NCBI RefSeq assembly: GCF_000485595.1
Contig: NW_014577087.1
Coordinates: forward strand, 282,766 to 321,543
Origin: Priapulus caudatus
Lineage: Eukaryota
Direction: 5' to 3'
Length of the DNA: 38,778 nucleotides
This document shows, piece after piece, positions 33,601 through 38,778 of the stretch. The notes under the pieces were generated by a model, which was given only the letters and a program-made list of their open reading frames with translations, did no database searches and had not been told where the DNA came from. Every line of letters begins with the position of its first letter. The stretch's first letter is position 1. A program made the position numbers and the translations under genes.

Positions 33601-35873
33601 TCTCTTGGTGAAACGTTTATGGAAAAGCTTAACAAGTGGTTGTTTCTCCGTACCACGCCTACGTGTCCATGTCCTCCGGCTCCATTCCAAATTACCTCAA
33701 AGTACGCTGCCCGGTTGTTCCACCTCAGATTTTCCTCACCTCTCCATCTCATCACCTTGCCGTTCGCTTACGTAACACTAACAATGCTGTTTGAACCGGA
33801 TTCTAAGTGACCGTGACATGTCCACCACCTAAGCATTACCCATCTAAGACATAACTCTGTACTCGTGAAATCGCTGACTTTACACGGACTTAGCACTACA
33901 CAACCCGAGTGATTGCGTTCCCTAATACTTATTAGTCACATTGGGTCCTCCGCCCCCTTATAAGATGACCGCCGTCACGACTCCCTACCAGATTCCACGA
34001 AGCCGATGCCCATAAATCGAGATAAGATACGCACCTCACTCTAGTTTCGTCGAGGCAGAGTCCTACATCAATGTGTTAGTTTCGAGCCACACCCACACGG
34101 GCGGATATTGGCGGCTAGATTCTGTCTGTCTAACCTCCCCGTTCATGTCAGCATCGGTAGAGCCCTCAAACCAGGTATTCCGCCCTCTTCTGTGCACAAC
34201 CGTCCTAACTCTCCAATAACCGCTTGCACCTTCACTCATTGCCTCCTGTCTGCTCGAATTTAAGATAAACCTTCATACCATTCATTGGCTTTCCACTCCA
34301 TGGCCTAACCCCACTGAACCCTCTACCGTATGCCTCCTTCAATCCCTGCCATTCAGTCTTATCAACACTGACATCAATCTGAGCCGCCACATGTTGTTGT
34401 CGGCCGTGGTAACCTTCACTAATCCTTTTGCTATACAACATTCCTCTTCTATCCCTACCGTTCTGTCGATTAAAACCTAATCCTATTTGTATCTATCCCC
34501 TCACAATTCCTCATACCCTAATCACCCTGCCCCTACTATGCTAACCCCTCTTCAAGTATACCGCTCCCTGCGTTTCCTCACGATAACCACCTCATTTCTA
34601 GATTAATTAATCCCATATTCTCTACTTTACCGCTTCTATTTCCTATAATATTAATTTTCCTACATTGGTTCCCCATCTTACTATTACCATCTCTCCTTGC
34701 CACCCTTATTTCTTTACCTTCCTATCTTTCGAATGTGTATTAAATCTTTTACATACGAATCGGTTCCCATCCCCAGCCTCCCCTTAGACCATTCCCAGTC
34801 GCCTCTACCTGAAAATCCACCGTCCCGTAAGGAACGTTCATCTATTAGTATGAACTTGAGCCTGGGATGAGTTTCCCCTCCCTCCTCCAAATGTGATAGA
34901 CGGGCCGGTTCCCCTGCTCTAAATCCTCTTTCCATTAAACTACAATGGTTTCCTCACCTCTCCTAACCCGCTGCCTCTTCATCCTCTTCCTTGAATACCA
35001 AACATCCACTCCCCAGCATTGAGACGTATTCCTCCATCCCACTACTACCGTCACCCGAACTTCTCACTCTCTCCCTCTGTCCTACCAATCCACCGCCACT
35101 CTCCACATGGCTGTTTCACACCAACCTTTCTCCTTCCCGCTATCAAGCGCTCAGCCCGCACTGCTCTCAGCTCTCTTTTACGTCAACGATCTAACACACC
35201 AATATTCTGTCCCGTCACCTTTCAACTTCCTACCCTGACTCACCTCTGATGCACGGACTTCAGCAGGGCCCGTCTGCGCTCGCTGCCCGCTTAATCCCCC
35301 GCTACTTAATCATCACCTACACCGTAATACCTGATTCTGATATCGCCTCAGCATGTCCTCCGCTGACTGCCCTATCATCAGCCTCCGTTGTCCTTTCAGT
35401 ACCTAACTATCGGATGTTTCGCCACAACTCCCTAAACGTTCTAGTCCGCCTCGATCTGCCTGCTGCGTATGCTTACCGGGTAAGAACATACGCAATTTTT
35501 GCCGCTCACCCATACCCATGACACCTGCCCGATCCTCGCCCCGTCTCTAATGTCATTCCTAGCCTAACTCTTCGTTTCCATCACCGAAAAGCGACGTCGC
35601 GATACGCTCCTCCTCATCCTTTGGCATAAGACTAACGTGTGTTAGCCGCTGACTACGTCCTATGCAACAGCCTTATGCCAGCAGCTCGGTACGCTGGTGC
35701 ACGGCCGCGCGTTGCATCCGTACCTGACGCAGGTTGCCCTCGCTCGGTCGTAAAGCTGCATGCTCTTACTAGCTCGCCGCAGGTAGCCTACCTTGACCCG
35801 GGCTGTCAGAAACGGAGAGAAAGTCACGTATTAGGTTAAACTAAACATAGACATTCGACGTAAATATAGGCAT
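30617..35873 (-). other. Very low-quality inverted copy of exons 20-22 and their introns
   Basis: Recognisable anchors (RC = reverse complement): 30617-30681 is RC of 38038-38103; 32921-32990 is RC of 36820-36885; 33871-33965 is RC of 36372-36451; 34086-34123 is RC of 36260-36295; 35700-35873 is RC of 38169-38335. Confidence 0.8.
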
Positions 35874-36511
35874 CGACTGGCCCGTTATCACATAGCGACG
35901 ATTCCCAACAACACTAGTAGATCGTCCCTCTACGTTCCAGTCTGCGGAATATAAGGCTGCAAAAAATACACAATAAAGAAAATAATCAAAGGAAATATAA
36001 ATAACGAAATAAATAAATAACTAAATAAATTGATTAATTAATCAAATAGGTGGTTCTCGCGGGTCCGGCTGTAATATAATTCTGTAAAAGAAACGTAGAA
36101 AAATAATTTGTACAAAAGTACAATGTGCGGTAAGAATGCAGTGTGAACTCGAAGTCTAGAGGGTTCAGTGGGCGCGTGCAGATTATGATTTATTTATTCG
36201 AGCACAAGTAAGTAGGTTGGGCGTGTGCAGGAAGGGGGACTGGGCCGTCTCTACGGTATGCAGATCTACCGCCACTATCCCCGTGTGGGTGTGGCCCGAA
36301 CTACAACGTTAATTGCCTCGACGAACTGATGCGTTCTTCCACGGCTGCCGTGGATCTGAGAGCGATCTGCGTCTCTATAGGGGGCGCAGACCCACTACCA
36401 CTAATAGGAGCATCACTCGTTGTGTAGTGTAAAGTCGTGTAAAGTCAGCGATACACGAGTAAGAGTTCTGTGTATCTTTGTCTTCGCTCACATCGGCTTC
36501 ACGTTGTTCAG

Positions 36512-36637
36512 GTTTGGAGGTAGAACACTGTGGACGGAGGCGAGGTTCCGCTACGCGTACGACACCAGCTTCCACGTCACCGACATCACCGTCGAACTCG
36601 AAGGCCGACAGCTGCAGCCACTCACGATGACGTACAA
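36512..36637 (+). CDS. Ten-m: Teneurin exon 21 (YD region)
   Basis: ttgttcag acceptor, gtaggt donor, phase 2/2. (R)FGGRTLWTEARFRYAYDTSFHVTDITVELEGRQLQPLTMTY(N). Follows 38238-38653 in protein order. Confidence 0.92.
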
Positions 36638-37227
36638 GTAGGTGGCGCTGCCGTGCACCCGTACCACTGTTATAGTATTTACAGCGCGCCTTACAGTCAG
36701 AAATTAAAGTAGAAGGCGGTGGGATATCCTCGAACAGGATAGCGAACGGAATCACTAGAATATTCGTGGCGCGTATAAGAGAGACGTTTATTGAGTATAA
36801 GAGCAATAAAGGGGGGAAGTTATTCGCGTTTCCGTCTGCTTCCCCATGTTTTTGCCGCCGATGCTTTGTGGTTTGCCGTCTCCTGCGGCCTTTCACTGTT
36901 TTACTGCCGTCTTTGCTTGATACTTTCATCATTGACGTGTTTTCCGTTATTTTTGACTTTTTATTCGTCAGTTCTGTCTTGAATTCCACCTCATTATGTC
37001 ACGTGTTGCGCTTCTCCCTTGGCATTTCTTCGCGTTCCTCGCCTTGCTTTGCGTCTTTAATTTCAACAAAGCAAAACAAAAGCAACGTCATCAACGCGTT
37101 TCTCCACACACTACTCGATATATACCACCTACCACATACTCCACATACCACATACCATCTCCTCTCCATATACCACATACTCCACATACGTAACGCTCAC
37201 TAAAACCACCCGATCTCGAACAAAACC

Positions 37228-37424
37228 CATAGCAACGCTATTCGAACGCATTTATGTTCCCCCCGCTAAACTCTCTCGTCTGCAACTTTGCAGCAAGGAA
37301 ACGGGCACCCTCGAGTCAGTAATAAAAACATAGCAACGCTATTCGAACGCATTTATTTTCCCCGCGCTAAACTCTCTCTCGTCTGCGCTTCTTCGCAGCA
37401 AGGAGACGGGCAGCCTCGAGTCGG
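37228..37424 (+). repeat. ~100-bp tandem duplication spanning the exon 22 acceptor
   Basis: CATAGCAACGCTATTCGAACGCATTTAT...GCAGCAAGGA(A/G)ACGGGCA(C/G)CCTCGAGTC occurs at 37228-37318 and 37329-37422. Confidence 0.9.
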
Positions 37425-38059
37425 TCGGCAACTTCCGTATGGCGCGCATGGGCGCCGACGAGTTGGTCGTCACCGACGACCAGGTCGTCATCACGCGCGT
37501 GCTAGACGACAACGCGCGCGACAAGATGCTCAAGTACAAGTTCAAGAACCTGCTCATGCACGCGTCCGAGTACAAGTACGACGCGCTGGGCCGCGTGCGC
37601 GAGGTGAAGTCCGTCGTCGGCTCGAGCAGCGAGGTCACGATCACCAAGTACGTCTACGACGCAGACTCGCAGCTCAGCGAGGTGTGGCACAACGACGGAC
37701 TCGTCTGGCGCTACAAGTACGACACGAACGGCAATCTCGTCGGCGTGCAGCGACACGAGCGCCAGCTGGGGCTCGCCTACAACACGCGCGACGAGGTGCA
37801 GATCGCTGGAGAGGTCGTCTACAAGGTCGATGCCGACGGCTTCGTCGTGCAGCGCGGTCCCGAGCGCTTCCAGTACAACTCGCGCGGAGAGCTCGTCTAC
37901 GCGACGCGCGTCGGCGACTACGACGTCTGGTATTACTACGACGCTGACGGTCGGCTGACGGCGCGACGCGACGACTTCGGCCACACGCTGCAATACTTCT
38001 ATGCTGATCTGACGATGCCGCGTCGGCCGACGCACATCTACAATAACACCAACTCACAG
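37399..38059 (+). CDS. Ten-m: Teneurin exon 22 (YD/Rhs repeats)
   Basis: cttcgcag acceptor, gtacgt donor, phase 2/0. KETGSLESVGNF...YKYDALGRVRE...YVYDADSQL...WRYKYDTNGNL...YYYDADGRL...LQYFYADLTMPRRPTHIYNNTNSQ. Confidence 0.95.
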
Positions 38060-38110
38060 GTACGTGGTGGTGGGGGAGGAGGTGGTGGAGGCGGTCACGC
38101 AGCTGTGTGT

Positions 38111-38170
38111 GTTTACGTTTACGTTTACGTTTACGTTTATGTTTATGTTTATGTTTATGTTTATGTTTAT
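38111..38170 (+). repeat. (GTTTAC/GTTTAT)n hexanucleotide repeat at the junction before exon 20
   Basis: Direct inspection. Confidence 0.93.
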
Positions 38171-38237
38171 GCCTATATTTACGTCGAATGTCTATGTTTA
38201 CGTTTGCCTAATACGTCACTTTCTCTCGTTCCGACAG

Positions 38238-38653
38238 CCCGTCAAGGTCACGCTACCTGGCGGCGAGCTGTACAGCATCAGCTACGACCGCGAGGGCAAC
38301 CTGCGTCAGGTCACCATGCCAACGCGCGCCGTGCACAGCTACCAGCTGCTCTACTCGCTCGGCTACGTGCGCAAGCTCTACACGGCACCGCAGTCCGACG
38401 TCGCTTTCATACAGGACTACGACAGCGACGGTCGGCTGCTTCGCACCGTCTACCCGAGCAACCAGCGCCGCTACGTGCATCGCTACGACGACCACGGCTG
38501 GCTGGCCGAGATCGCATTCGACAGCACGGTGATTAAGTACGACTACGACGAGCGCACGGGCCTGCTGAAGTCCGTGCATCAGATGAGTCAGGAGTTCGAC
38601 GCGATGACCGACTACCAGCACGTCGGGCTGCTGACGACCGAGATGGTGTACAG
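38238..38653 (+). CDS. Ten-m: Teneurin exon 20 (YD repeats; out of genomic order)
   Basis: ccgacag acceptor, gtgaga donor, phase 0/2. PVKVTLPGGELYSISYDREGNLRQVTMPTRAVH...SLGYVRKLYTAPQS...DYDSDGRLL...TGLLKSV...MVY(R). Belongs between exons 19 and 21. Confidence 0.94.
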
Positions 38654-38778
38654 GTGAGAGCGGTGGTGGGTAAAGCGAGGAACGTCGGTGACGCTTGTCT
38701 CATGCTGGGTGGTGTGTACGACTGGCCCGTTATCACATAGCGACGATTCCCAACAACACTAGTAGATCGTCCTTCTAC

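Noticed and set aside
27512..35521. Numerous short ORFs after the gap
   Set aside because: They lie in low-quality sequence that is partly a garbled reverse complement of 36200-38400.
36375..36989. 204-aa minus-strand ORF and other antisense ORFs over exons (e.g. 9599-10018, 37502-38035, 38253-38621)
   Set aside because: Shadow frames of GC-rich codon usage, with no recognisable domain.
37399..38653. Bacterial Rhs toxin gene or contamination
   Set aside because: The YD repeats lie in GT-AG exons that continue the teneurin frame.
1..38778. Species assignment and firm Ten-m versus Ten-a orthology
   Set aside because: Resemblance to protostome Ten-m is from recalled motifs only; a phylogeny of the spliced protein is needed, so the gene symbol is provisional.

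Overview
Eukaryotic (animal, probably invertebrate) genomic DNA carrying most of the extracellular coding region of a teneurin gene (Ten-m/odz-like) on the + strand. I can place 22 GT-AG exons with mutually compatible phases, about 1,730 codons in total. They encode EGF repeats 2-8, the Cys-rich linker, the TTR/Ig and FN-plug region, the NHL beta-propeller and part of the YD (Rhs-like) shell. The intracellular domain, TM segment, EGF1 and the C-terminal Tox-GHH/TCAP region are absent. The window is not collinear with the gene: (i) two clean exons (850-2086) sit before the EGF exons, and an indel-riddled copy (6971-8965) occupies their expected place; (ii) 19239-26748 is a noisy reverse complement of 12653-19238 plus the next exon; (iii) after a 25-N gap, 26774-35873 is very noisy sequence that includes a reverse complement of the last three exons; (iv) one YD exon (38238-38653) is out of order, and the last 60 bases repeat 35874-35933. 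The simplest reading is long-read gap-filling or misassembly rather than biology. Introns contain microsatellites, minisatellites and MITE-like inverted-repeat elements. I found no prokaryotic-type system. The best biological leads are splice-related: a candidate in-frame microexon at the position of the vertebrate NHL splice site, and repeats that duplicate splice sites.
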